Part shown: in pieces, positions 12,015-20,340 of the stretch
How the letters are laid out: each line of letters opens with the position of its first letter
How positions within the stretch are numbered: position 1 is the stretch's first letter
Assembly (NCBI GenBank): GCA_031551515.1
Contig: JAVBNL010000023.1
Coordinates: 23,048 to 87,047, forward strand
DNA: 64,000 nt
Origin: Desulfovibrionaceae bacterium
GTDB taxonomy: Bacteria; Desulfobacterota; Desulfovibrionia; Desulfovibrionales; Desulfovibrionaceae
Direction of reading: 5' to 3'
The notes under the pieces: model-generated
Database searches by the model: none
Seen by the model: only the letters and a program-made list of their open reading frames with translations
Told to the model about the DNA's origin: nothing
Program-made: the position numbers and the translations under genes

Positions 12015-13616
12015 CTATCTGATCAGATAGGGTATATCCACCCACAGGGCTTCTTGCGGGCAGGAAACCTCGCAGGGCAGGCAGAACCAGCAGGTGCGGT
12101 GATGGCCGCAGGGTCCGCCGCAGGAATGGCAGCGCGCCGCTTCCGCGCGGGCCTGTTCTTCGGTCATGACCTGTTCCAGCACCGCGTAATCGCCTTTGCC
12201 CTTCATGGGCCGCACCGAGGGTTTTCCGCGTTTGTCGGCCGTTCCTTTGGAATGGTCGATGGGGAAACCGGTGATCACAGGACCGGGATAGGCCCGTTCA
12301 AAAGAAAGGTGTTCGCCCAGAACGTGGCGGCTGGCGGATTCCGCGGCCGCGCGCCCGGCGGCCATGGCTTTGATGACCGAGCCGGCGCTGCCCGCGAAGT
12401 CGCCGGCGGCAAAGACGTTGCTCTCTCCAAGTTGCAGGGTGAGCGGATCCGCCTGCGAAACGTCGCGCATGCTCAAGTGACTGCCCTGCAGCACGCTTTG
12501 ATCGCGTTCAAGGCCGATGGCGATGATCAGGGCATCGGCGGCGATGGAGTCAAGGGCGCTGTCAAAGCTGGGGGCAAAATTGCCGTTTTCGTCGAACACA
12601 GCCACGCAGCGGCTGAGGGCAACGCCGGTTATTGCGCCGTTTTTGCCTTCAATGCGCTCAATGCCGCAAGAATGCCTGAAGATGACGCCTTCGTCTTTCG
12701 CCTGCCGCACTTCGTCCGCAAATGCGGGCAGTTCGTCTTCTCCTTCCAGAGTCAGAACGATGACCTTGTCCGCGCCCTGGCGCAGGGCGGTCAGGGCCGC
12801 GTCCATGGCCATGTTGCCGCCGCCGGCGACAAGCACGGCGCCTGAAAGATCCGGCCCTTTGCCCGCCCGGGAAGCGGCAAGGAAATCAAGGCCTGGGTGC
12901 ACGTTCGCGAGTTCTTCGCCATCCACGCGCAGAGCCTTGTTTTTCCACAACCCGGTGGCCAGCACCACGGCATCGTAAGAGCCGGCTATTTCCCGCATTT
13001 TCGCGCCGTCCACGCGGACGCCGTACTGAAAAGAAACGCCTAGCCGCGGCAAGATGGCAAGCTCTTGCTCCACCACAGCATCGGGCAAGCGAAATGCCGG
13101 AATGCCGCCCACAAGCATGCCGCCGGGTTTGGGGCCGGCTTCAAACACGGTCACGGCATGGCCCTTAAGCGCAAGGTCATAGGCGGCCACAAGGCCCGCG
13201 GGACCGGCGCCGATGACCGCAATGCGCTTGTTTGTGGCGGGTGCCGGGGCGGGCAGATCCGCATCGCCGGCCGCTTCAAATAGAAAGCGCTTCAAAACCC
13301 GCACAGCCACGGGAGCGTCGCTGGACCGGCCTTTTTCGCAGGACGTTTCACAAGGATGGTCGCACACCATGCACATGATACGCGGGAAGGGCAGTTTTTC
13401 GCGCACCACTTCACGGGCCTTGTCGTATTCACCCCTGGCGATGAGCTGCACATACCCCTGGACGTTGACGCCCATGGGACAGGCTTCGCGGCAAGGGGAA
13501 AGACGCATGCGGATATTGTCCAGAATGCACCTGTCCGCGCATTTGCCGCAAAAAATGCATTTGTCTTTGTCGATCTTTATGTTGTCTTCATAACTTTCGA
13601 GGTAGCTCGGGCTCAT
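12015..13616 (-). CDS. Fe-S flavoprotein, GltD/DsrL-like NAD(P)H-dependent oxidoreductase with N- and C-terminal Cys clusters
   Basis: N-terminal CIFCGKCADRC...CREACP and MCMVCDHPCETSC. Two dinucleotide folds are present (IAVIGAGPAGL; VLVAGGGNMAMDAA). There is a C-terminal CHSCGGPCGHHRTCWFCLPCEVSCP. A 4-nt start/stop overlap links it to the upstream gene. Confidence 0.85.
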   Translation of the reverse strand: MSPSYLESYEDNIKIDKDKCIFCGKCADRCILDNIRMRLSPCREACPMGVNVQGYVQLIARGEYDKAREVVREKLPFPRIMCMVCDHPCETSCEKGRSSDAPVAVRVLKRFLFEAAGDADLPAPAPATNKRIAVIGAGPAGLVAAYDLALKGHAVTVFEAGPKPGGMLVGGIPAFRLPDAVVEQELAILPRLGVSFQYGVRVDGAKMREIAGSYDAVVLATGLWKNKALRVDGEELANVHPGLDFLAASRAGKGPDLSGAVLVAGGGNMAMDAALTALRQGADKVIVLTLEGEDELPAFADEVRQAKDEGVIFRHSCGIERIEGKNGAITGVALSRCVAVFDENGNFAPSFDSALDSIAADALIIAIGLERDQSVLQGSHLSMRDVSQADPLTLQLGESNVFAAGDFAGSAGSVIKAMAAGRAAAESASRHVLGEHLSFERAYPGPVITGFPIDHSKGTADKRGKPSVRPMKGKGDYAVLEQVMTEEQARAEAARCHSCGGPCGHHRTCWFCLPCEVSCPQEALWVDIPYLIR

Positions 13617-15280
13617 GCGTTCCCCCTTTCGCCCATGCGAATGACGTCCTTGTGGCTGACCTTCACGTCAGCAGGGTTGTCGCCCATGGTCAGGACGATG
13701 TGCTTCAGCCATTTCTCGTCGTTGCGCTCCGGGTAGTCCGTACGGGCGTGCCAGGGGTACCAGCGGGTTTCCGTCCTTTCTTTCGAGGCAATGGCGCTCA
13801 GCATCGCGCAGTTAATGATGTTCTCCACTTCAAGGCACTTGAACAGGTCGTGCATGCTGGCGACGCGCACCAGGGTGGAAAGCTCTTCGCGAAAACGGTT
13901 CATCCACCAGATGGCTCGATCGCATTTATATTCGTTCTTGGGCGGTTTCAAATAGTCGCCGATGATCCGGCGCACTTTATATTCGAATTCCTCAATGCCG
14001 ATGGGGTTGTCCTTTTGCGCCAAGCGCGCGTCAAGACGATCCAACACGGAATCGACGAAAGCCGTGTCCAGACTTTTAAGTGTGACGCCTTTTGCCCGCT
14101 CTGTGGCATTTTCCGCGCTGATTTCACCGTAAACAAAGGCGCCGGAAAGATGGCCACGCGCACAAAGCGAGGTATCGCCCGCGGCATAGAGGCCGGGCAC
14201 GCATGTTTCGCCGTTTTCGTTGATGCGCACACCCGTCAGGCCATGCCCGCCGCACAAGAATACTTCCGTGGGCCACAGTTCAATATGACCGGTACGGAAA
14301 TCATTGTCTCTGCCGGCGTGGAAACGTTCGCAAGCCGGGCGTTCCGTGGTGAAAAGGATATCCTCAATGCTTTTGATGGTTTCTTCGGGCAGATGCTTAA
14401 GTTCAATGCGCAGCGGCCCCTTGTTGTCCAGATGTTCGGCGAACATGCTTTTTATGGAGGGGTGCGCCTTATCCCGGCGTTCGCCGAAGGCGTTGAACAG
14501 GCGGGCGCCCCTGGTGAGAGTGATGTACAAAAGCGGCGCGTTGATATCCTTGGTGATGTAATAGACAAGTGTGTACTCAAAACCGGAAAGTTCCGCACCG
14601 GCCTTGTAGGCAAGCATGTAGCCGTCGCCGGTGTTGCCGGGAAAGTCATAGATGCCGTAAAGGTGCCCGTTGTCGGGCAGGCCGAAGCGGGCCGTGCCGC
14701 CGGCGCTCAAGATGACAGCCTTGGCCCGGATGACGGAAGGTTCCCCGGTTCGCACGTTCACGGCGACGGCGCCGCAGACCTCGCCATCCTGTTTAAGCAA
14801 CTGTACGGCCATGGTGCGGTTCATGACCTTGACGCCAAGGGCGGTTGCTCTGTCGGCGATGATTTTTTTGAGTTCGGGTTCTTTCATGGTCACGCAAAAA
14901 CGCCCTTTCGCGTGCACCTGCAGAACTTCATATTCGCCGTCGTACTTGGGGAAGCAGACGCCCCAGTCAACAAGCCGCTGCATGGTTTCGTAACTGCGCT
15001 CGGCCATGCGGTAGTTTACCGGCTCGTCCATAATGCCCTCACAGGCCGCGCCGTTGCCTTCCAGATATTCCTCCGGCGTGCTGATGCCTGGAATGGCTAC
15101 AATATTCATGGCGTCCATGCCGCGCGCTATGCAGCCCGAATATTCGATATCGCCCTTTTCAAGAACAAGCACCTTTTGCCCGGGGTTTTGCTCTTTGGCG
15201 CGGATAGCCGCCATGGCCCCCGCGCTGCCGCCTCCGATAATCAGAATATCGGTGTCGATAACAGGATATCTGTGTTTCAT
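13613..15280 (-). CDS. FAD flavoprotein of the succinate dehydrogenase/fumarate reductase/AprA superfamily
   Basis: RBS GGGAG precedes ATG 15280. Motifs are DILIIGGGSAGAMAA, GLYAAGDTS, and a C-terminal RWYPWHARTDYPERNDEKW. The N-terminus shows an AprA-like spacing (SGCIARGMDAMN). Confidence 0.85.
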   Translation of the reverse strand: MKHRYPVIDTDILIIGGGSAGAMAAIRAKEQNPGQKVLVLEKGDIEYSGCIARGMDAMNIVAIPGISTPEEYLEGNGAACEGIMDEPVNYRMAERSYETMQRLVDWGVCFPKYDGEYEVLQVHAKGRFCVTMKEPELKKIIADRATALGVKVMNRTMAVQLLKQDGEVCGAVAVNVRTGEPSVIRAKAVILSAGGTARFGLPDNGHLYGIYDFPGNTGDGYMLAYKAGAELSGFEYTLVYYITKDINAPLLYITLTRGARLFNAFGERRDKAHPSIKSMFAEHLDNKGPLRIELKHLPEETIKSIEDILFTTERPACERFHAGRDNDFRTGHIELWPTEVFLCGGHGLTGVRINENGETCVPGLYAAGDTSLCARGHLSGAFVYGEISAENATERAKGVTLKSLDTAFVDSVLDRLDARLAQKDNPIGIEEFEYKVRRIIGDYLKPPKNEYKCDRAIWWMNRFREELSTLVRVASMHDLFKCLEVENIINCAMLSAIASKERTETRWYPWHARTDYPERNDEKWLKHIVLTMGDNPADVKVSHKDVIRMGERGNA

Positions 15281-15382
15281 GTAAACTCCCTGGCTGTTGC
15301 ACAATTCTCCGCAGCCCGTGTTGCGGAACCCCTGTCGTGATGACGGGAAGTGATCGGCATACCCGTTCAGGCATATTCACGA

Positions 15383-15408
15383 AATTGATGTATATGTTTA
15401 TATCAATA
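15383..15408. promoter_or_regulatory. 26-nt AT-rich operator-like element, copy 2 (aattgatgtatatgtttatatcaata)
   Basis: Near-palindromic (ATTGAT...ATCAAT) and about 21/26 identical to 7924-7949. It lies upstream of the minus-strand flavoprotein operon. Confidence 0.45.
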
Positions 15409-15645
15409 GCGTCAAGCCCTTTCCCGCAACCGGCTGTGGGCATCTGTGCCCGCCTGCGCCGACTGCCGCGGCACTGAAAAGCCGCAAAAAAGCGGTTGTG
15501 ATTTTCACCGCAACCGCTTGGTTCCACCAGGCACTACGCAGTATTTCTTTTTGCGCGAAAAGATACTATAGGCTCCACTATACTGCACACTACAGGGACA
15601 CCCCATACAGCGCCATTAGCGCGTCTTTTGACATAAGGAGTTTTC

Positions 15646-17910
15646 ATGGCCGCTCCGTCCGATTTTATCTGGAAATTTCACCGCATCGGCGGCCTGGATC
15701 AGGTCACGCTGCGCACCGCAGACGAGCTTCGCCACCTGGCGGAACTGGACCCCAAACTCTGGGGGGCGCTCAGCTGCCCCGCCTCCAACCTGGAATTTGA
15801 CCAGCGCACCCTGGATCTTGTCGATGCGGACAGGGACGGCCGCATTCGCATACCCGAAGTGATCGCGGCCGTGGAATGGGCCTGCGCGCGCCTGGCCGAC
15901 CCCGCCGCCATGGTGGATCCGCCGGAAGCCATGCCCCTTGCGCATATCCGCACCGATACGGAGGAAGGCAGCCGCATGGCGGCGTCGGCCAGGGCCGTTC
16001 TTGAAAATATAGGCAAGGCGGGCGCGGAAGAAATCACCCGTGAAGACGTGGCCGAAGCCGCGGCCAAAGCGGCGCAAAACCTCTTTAACGGCGATGGCGT
16101 GGTGCCCCCCCACCCGGATCTTGACCCCGGCATGCAGCGTTTTATCCGTGACGCCATTGCGGTTACCGGCGGCGTTGCCGATTCCGGCGGCGATGTCGGC
16201 ATAGGCCGCCCCATTGCCGACGCGTTCATGGCCACCCTAAAAAACTGGCGTGAATGGAAGCAGTCGCTTACCCGCACGGCGGCCCCCCTGGGCGCGGACA
16301 CGGTGGCGGCCTGGGAGATGCTGCAAGAGCTGCGGGTCAAGATTGACGATTATTTTCTGCGCTGCGACCTGGCGGATTTCGCCCCGCAAAACCCGGACAG
16401 CTGCGGCCAGGATGAAAAAGCCCCCCTGCCCGCCGAACGCGGTTTGCTTGACGCGCAAAGCCTGGCTGACCTGCCCCTGGGCAGGGTTGAGGCAGGCCGC
16501 GCCCTCAGCGCATCTTCCGGCCTGAACCCGGCCTGGCGCGGCCGCATGGAAACATTCTTGCGCCTGGTGCGGCCGCTTCTGGCCCAGCCCGACGTGATGA
16601 CGCGCACCGACTGGCGCGCCGTGTGCGACAGCTTCACCGCCCTTGAAGCCACCCTGGCGGAAAAACCCGCTCCAATCACGGCGGAAGTTACCGTTCCCCC
16701 CACTGCAACGCCCGACAGCCTCGGGCCGGACAGGGTGAACGAACTGCTGAACGGCGATTTGGCCGCGCGTTTCGCCGAACTAGCGGACAAAGACGCCTCC
16801 GCCCCGGCAGACCCCAACGGTGTGGCCGCTGTGGAGCGCCTGGTGCTGTATCATCGCAACCTGCACCGGCTGCTGATGAACTTCGTTTCTTTCTATGATT
16901 TTTATTCGCTGCGCCGCAGCGCGACCTTTCAATCCGGCACCTTGTTCCTTGACGGCCGCAGTTGCCGCCTTTGCCTGCCCGTGGCGGATATAGCCAAACA
17001 CTCCACCCTGGCCGCATTCAGCCAGCTTTGCCTTGTCTATTGCGAATGCCGCCGCCCCGGCAACGGAACCGACGCCGCCAAAAGCATGACCATCGTGGCC
17101 GCCATGACCGCCGGTGATTCCGACCTGTTGCTGGAAGGGCGTAACGGCGTTTTTGTGGACAGTCTGGGCAACGACTGGGACGCCACCCTGATCAAAATCG
17201 TCAGCAACCCCATAAGCTTGCGCCAGGCCCTGTGGGATCCTTACAAACGCCTGGGCCGTATCGTTACGGAGCAGATAAGTAAGTTCGCCTCCGCCCGGCA
17301 GGCCGCGCAAACGGCGGCCATGACGCAAAAGGTCGTGGCAGGGCCCGCCGCAGCGCCCGCTGCCGCGCCCGGTTTCGACATCGGCAAAAACGTCGGCATT
17401 CTCGCCGCCGTGGGTTTGGCTTTGGGCGCGTTGGGCACGGCTGTGGCGGGCATTGCCAACGCGCTTTTTTCACTGGCCTGGTGGCAGTTTCCGCTGCTTT
17501 TCATCGGGCTCTTTCTGGCCATTTCCGGCCCTTCCTTCATCATGGCCTGGCTGAAACTGCGCAAACGCACCCTGGGGCCGTTGCTTGAAGCTTCCGGCTG
17601 GGCGGTCAACAGCCGCATCCCTGTCAACCTGACGCTGGGCGGCAAGCTGACCGACACCGCCGCCCTGCCCGGCAACGCCACCCGCAGCTTCAGAGACCCC
17701 CTGGCCAAGCCCAACCGCTGGCCGCTGGCCGTCGCCGCCATAACGGCGCTGATCGTCGCCGCCCTGGGGGCTTGGCTGTGGTTCGGCCCCGGCAAAACGT
17801 ACATCCGCGAGTTCCGCTCTTTCGTGGCCCAGCAAAAGAACGCCACGGCGGTGAAACAAAGCGCCCCGGCCAAAGCCCCGGCGGCGAAAAACGCCACCAC
17901 CGCGCCGTAG
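15646..17910 (+). CDS. Large conserved-hypothetical protein with one canonical EF-hand loop and C-terminal transmembrane segments
   Basis: RBS AAGGAG. EF-hand loop DADRDGRIRIPE at nt 15823-15858. Hydrophobic segments lie near aa 590-650 and 700-725, and the tail is Ala/Pro/Lys-rich. Confidence 0.75.
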   Translation: MAAPSDFIWKFHRIGGLDQVTLRTADELRHLAELDPKLWGALSCPASNLEFDQRTLDLVDADRDGRIRIPEVIAAVEWACARLADPAAMVDPPEAMPLAHIRTDTEEGSRMAASARAVLENIGKAGAEEITREDVAEAAAKAAQNLFNGDGVVPPHPDLDPGMQRFIRDAIAVTGGVADSGGDVGIGRPIADAFMATLKNWREWKQSLTRTAAPLGADTVAAWEMLQELRVKIDDYFLRCDLADFAPQNPDSCGQDEKAPLPAERGLLDAQSLADLPLGRVEAGRALSASSGLNPAWRGRMETFLRLVRPLLAQPDVMTRTDWRAVCDSFTALEATLAEKPAPITAEVTVPPTATPDSLGPDRVNELLNGDLAARFAELADKDASAPADPNGVAAVERLVLYHRNLHRLLMNFVSFYDFYSLRRSATFQSGTLFLDGRSCRLCLPVADIAKHSTLAAFSQLCLVYCECRRPGNGTDAAKSMTIVAAMTAGDSDLLLEGRNGVFVDSLGNDWDATLIKIVSNPISLRQALWDPYKRLGRIVTEQISKFASARQAAQTAAMTQKVVAGPAAAPAAAPGFDIGKNVGILAAVGLALGALGTAVAGIANALFSLAWWQFPLLFIGLFLAISGPSFIMAWLKLRKRTLGPLLEASGWAVNSRIPVNLTLGGKLTDTAALPGNATRSFRDPLAKPNRWPLAVAAITALIVAALGAWLWFGPGKTYIREFRSFVAQQKNATAVKQSAPAKAPAAKNATTAP

Positions 17911-17955
17911 AACAGAGCGGCCAAAGACAACGAGATCTCGGGGCTCCGCCCCGTA

Positions 17956-18006
17956 CCCCGCAATAACCAGAAACGGCGCTCAGCGCCGTTTCTGGTTATT
18001 GCGGGG
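17956..18006. repeat. Perfect 25-bp-stem palindrome (51 nt)
   Basis: ccccgcaataaccagaaacggcgct / c / agcgccgtttctggttattgcgggg. It shares the core AGAAACGGCGC-N3-GCGCCGTTTCT with the hairpin at 19231-19267. Confidence 0.8.
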
Positions 18007-18339
18007 GTGCAGGGACTCAGTCCCGTGGGCCGTTGCGTGGATTTCAACCTGGTCCACCGGCCGGGCTGGCAAGGCCGCATTGAAGCCATAACGCGGCCCG
18101 GCGTCCTGCCTTTCGCCGCCGGCGCCCTTACCGGCATTTTCGCCCGTATCGACGGTCTGGCCGTGGAAGGCGCGACAAAAGACGGGCAGCGCTTTACCGC
18201 AACGCTGCAAAACGGCGATTTTCTCGCGCTGCGGCCGGAAACGGTCGTGCCGGGCGCGCTGACGCTTGCCGCGTCCGCCGCCGCGGCGGGCAAGGTGCTC
18301 GGCATCCTTGCGGTTGCGGAACGGCTTGCGGTAAAATAG
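18007..18339 (+). CDS. Hypothetical small protein (weak call)
   Basis: The ORF has coding-like third-position GC, but it has a GTG start inside the palindrome and no recognisable motif. Confidence 0.3.
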   Translation: MQGLSPVGRCVDFNLVHRPGWQGRIEAITRPGVLPFAAGALTGIFARIDGLAVEGATKDGQRFTATLQNGDFLALRPETVVPGALTLAASAAAAGKVLGILAVAERLAVK

Positions 18340-18460
18340 CCAGCAAGCCCGACGCAAAACCACACCACCACGGCGTTTACCCCTGACGGCATGCCGTATG
18401 TAAAACGGACGCTTGCCGGGCCTGCGCATCCGGAGTACAGCAAGCCGCTGGAGACCTGCC

Positions 18461-19222
18461 GTGGAACTTGACCTCACCATCATCTTCATGCTGTGCCTGG
18501 TCTATCTCTGTACCGGCTGCATGGACGGCATCGCCGGCGGCGGAGGGTTGATCACCGTGCCCGCGCTCCTCTTGGCGGGCGTTCCGCCGGATATGGCGCT
18601 CGGCACCAATAAACTGGCCGTGGTTTTCGGCTGCGGCGCGTCTTTCGGCACGTACGCCAGAAGCGGCATGGTCTTCTGGCCGCTGGCCCGCATGAGCCTG
18701 CCCCTTTCCCTTATCGCCGCCTTTGCCGGGACCTGGTCCATTTTGCTTTTCAACAGCGAAGACATAGGCCGCGTTATCGTCTTTTTGCTGCCCCTGGCTT
18801 TCGCCGCGACGCTGATGCCCCAAAAAGACCGGGGCATCACGGAGTTTCCGCCTCCGCCCCAAGGCTTTGCGCCCCTTGCGATCTGCGCGGCCCTGGGCTT
18901 TTATGACGGGTTTTTCGGCCCGGGCAGCGGCGCTTTTTATATCCTGTCCTTCCACCTCATTCTCAACCTGGGCCTGCTGCACGCTTCGGCCACGTCCAAG
19001 CTGTTCAGCCTCGTCACCATAACCGCGAGCTTTCTGGTCTTCGCCTGGCATGGCAAGGTGTTGTATCTTTTGGCGATTCCTATAAGTCTGGCCAATATCG
19101 CGGGCAACATTCTGGGCGCCAAAATGGCCATGCGCGTCGGCCCCGGCATCGTGCGCAAGGCGCTGGCCGTTTCCATCACCCTGCTTTTCATCTCTTTGCT
19201 CTGGAAATTCTATCTGGCCTGA
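18461..19222 (+). CDS. TSUP-family (TauE/SafE, YfcA-like) anion exporter/permease
   Basis: GIAGGGGLITVPALLLAGVPPDMALGTNKL, with 7-8 hydrophobic segments. I chose the GTG at 18461, which is 7 nt after GGAG. Confidence 0.8.
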   Translation: MELDLTIIFMLCLVYLCTGCMDGIAGGGGLITVPALLLAGVPPDMALGTNKLAVVFGCGASFGTYARSGMVFWPLARMSLPLSLIAAFAGTWSILLFNSEDIGRVIVFLLPLAFAATLMPQKDRGITEFPPPPQGFAPLAICAALGFYDGFFGPGSGAFYILSFHLILNLGLLHASATSKLFSLVTITASFLVFAWHGKVLYLLAIPISLANIAGNILGAKMAMRVGPGIVRKALAVSITLLFISLLWKFYLA

Positions 19223-19230
19223 ACCGCCCG

Positions 19231-19267
19231 GTACAAGAAACGGCGCAAAGCGCCGTTTCTTGTTATA
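19231..19267. repeat. Hairpin related to the 17956-18006 palindrome
   Basis: acaagaaacggcgc / aaa / gcgccgtttcttgt, with the same AGAAACGGCGC core. Confidence 0.7.
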
Positions 19268-19335
19268 CGGGTGCGGGGTCCGCGCCCCTGCCGGAGGGCA
19301 GCGGGAAGGGCAGCCCTCCCCGCGGCCTTCCTCTT

Positions 19336-20295
19336 CTACTTCTTCGTGCGGTACTGCGGCACGTCCTTCTTGTAGACCAGAGACAGGGGCAGATACTGCA
19401 CCGGCGGCACTTTATAGCCGTTGAGGGCCAAATAGCAGGCGCTCATGGCCAGCGCGATCTGGCTGCGTTCGTTCTGGGCGCCGGTCAGCAGAATGCTGCC
19501 GTTTTCCAGCGCGTCCAGGGCGTCGTTATCCACGTCAAAGGTGATCTGCACCATTTCTTTGTCACGGCCGACCAGCTTGGCCGCTTCAACCGCGCCCATG
19601 GTCATATCTTTGTTGATGGAGCCGACCGCGTCGATTTTCTTATACTTCTGCAGCCAGTTTTCCATCAGCTGCATGCCCTTTTCCCGGTTGAAGTTGGCCG
19701 GCTGCGAGTCGAGCAGCTTGATACCGGGGTACTTTTTAAACGCGTCCTTATAGCCCTGCACGCGCTCTTCGGACGTGGAGTTGCCCGGAGTGCCTTCGAT
19801 AAGCAGCACGTTGCCCTTGCCTTTGATGGTTTCGCAAAGCGCGGTGCCCAGTTCAAAGCCGACCTGGTAGTTGTCGACCCCGGTCCAGGTCAGAATCTTG
19901 CCGCCATAGGCTTTGGTATTGGGAGTGGCCACCAGAATGCCGGCCTTGTTGGCCTTTTCAATGGCCGGCACGATGGCCTTAGAATCCGCCGGAGCGATGA
20001 GGATGGCGTCCACGCCGTCGGTAATGGCCTGTTCCATAAGCTGCATCTGCTCTTCAACGGAATAGGGCGTTTCCGGCCCGACGCATTTCAGGCTGACGTT
20101 GGGCATCAGCTTCACCGCTTCTTCGGCCCCTTCGATCATGTTCAGGAAAAACGGGAACTGCATGCTTTTGACGATAAACACGAATTTGTACTGCTTTTTC
20201 TTGGCCTCAGCCGCAAAGCCGTCTTTTGTCATGCCCACGCAAAACGACGCCAAAAGTAAGAACACGATAGTCAGAAACGTCATTCTCCTTTTCAT
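19336..20295 (-). CDS. Sugar-type ABC transporter periplasmic substrate-binding protein (RbsB-like)
   Basis: Signal peptide plus a type I periplasmic-binding fold pattern (YKFVFIVKSMQFPFF...DAILIAPADS...). Confidence 0.9.
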   Translation of the reverse strand: MKRRMTFLTIVFLLLASFCVGMTKDGFAAEAKKKQYKFVFIVKSMQFPFFLNMIEGAEEAVKLMPNVSLKCVGPETPYSVEEQMQLMEQAITDGVDAILIAPADSKAIVPAIEKANKAGILVATPNTKAYGGKILTWTGVDNYQVGFELGTALCETIKGKGNVLLIEGTPGNSTSEERVQGYKDAFKKYPGIKLLDSQPANFNREKGMQLMENWLQKYKKIDAVGSINKDMTMGAVEAAKLVGRDKEMVQITFDVDNDALDALENGSILLTGAQNERSQIALAMSACYLALNGYKVPPVQYLPLSLVYKKDVPQYRTKK

Positions 20296-20340
20296 GGTCC
20301 TCGCTCCTTTTGTTGTGCTGCGACAATACTGTTTGTTGGA

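Noticed and set aside
13652-15340. 562-aa plus-strand ORF antisense to the AprA/FrdA-like flavoprotein gene
   Set aside because: This is a shadow ORF typical of high-GC DNA. Its translation is Gly/Ala/Arg/Val-rich low-complexity sequence with no motifs, whereas the opposite strand encodes a protein with clear FAD-binding motifs and an RBS.
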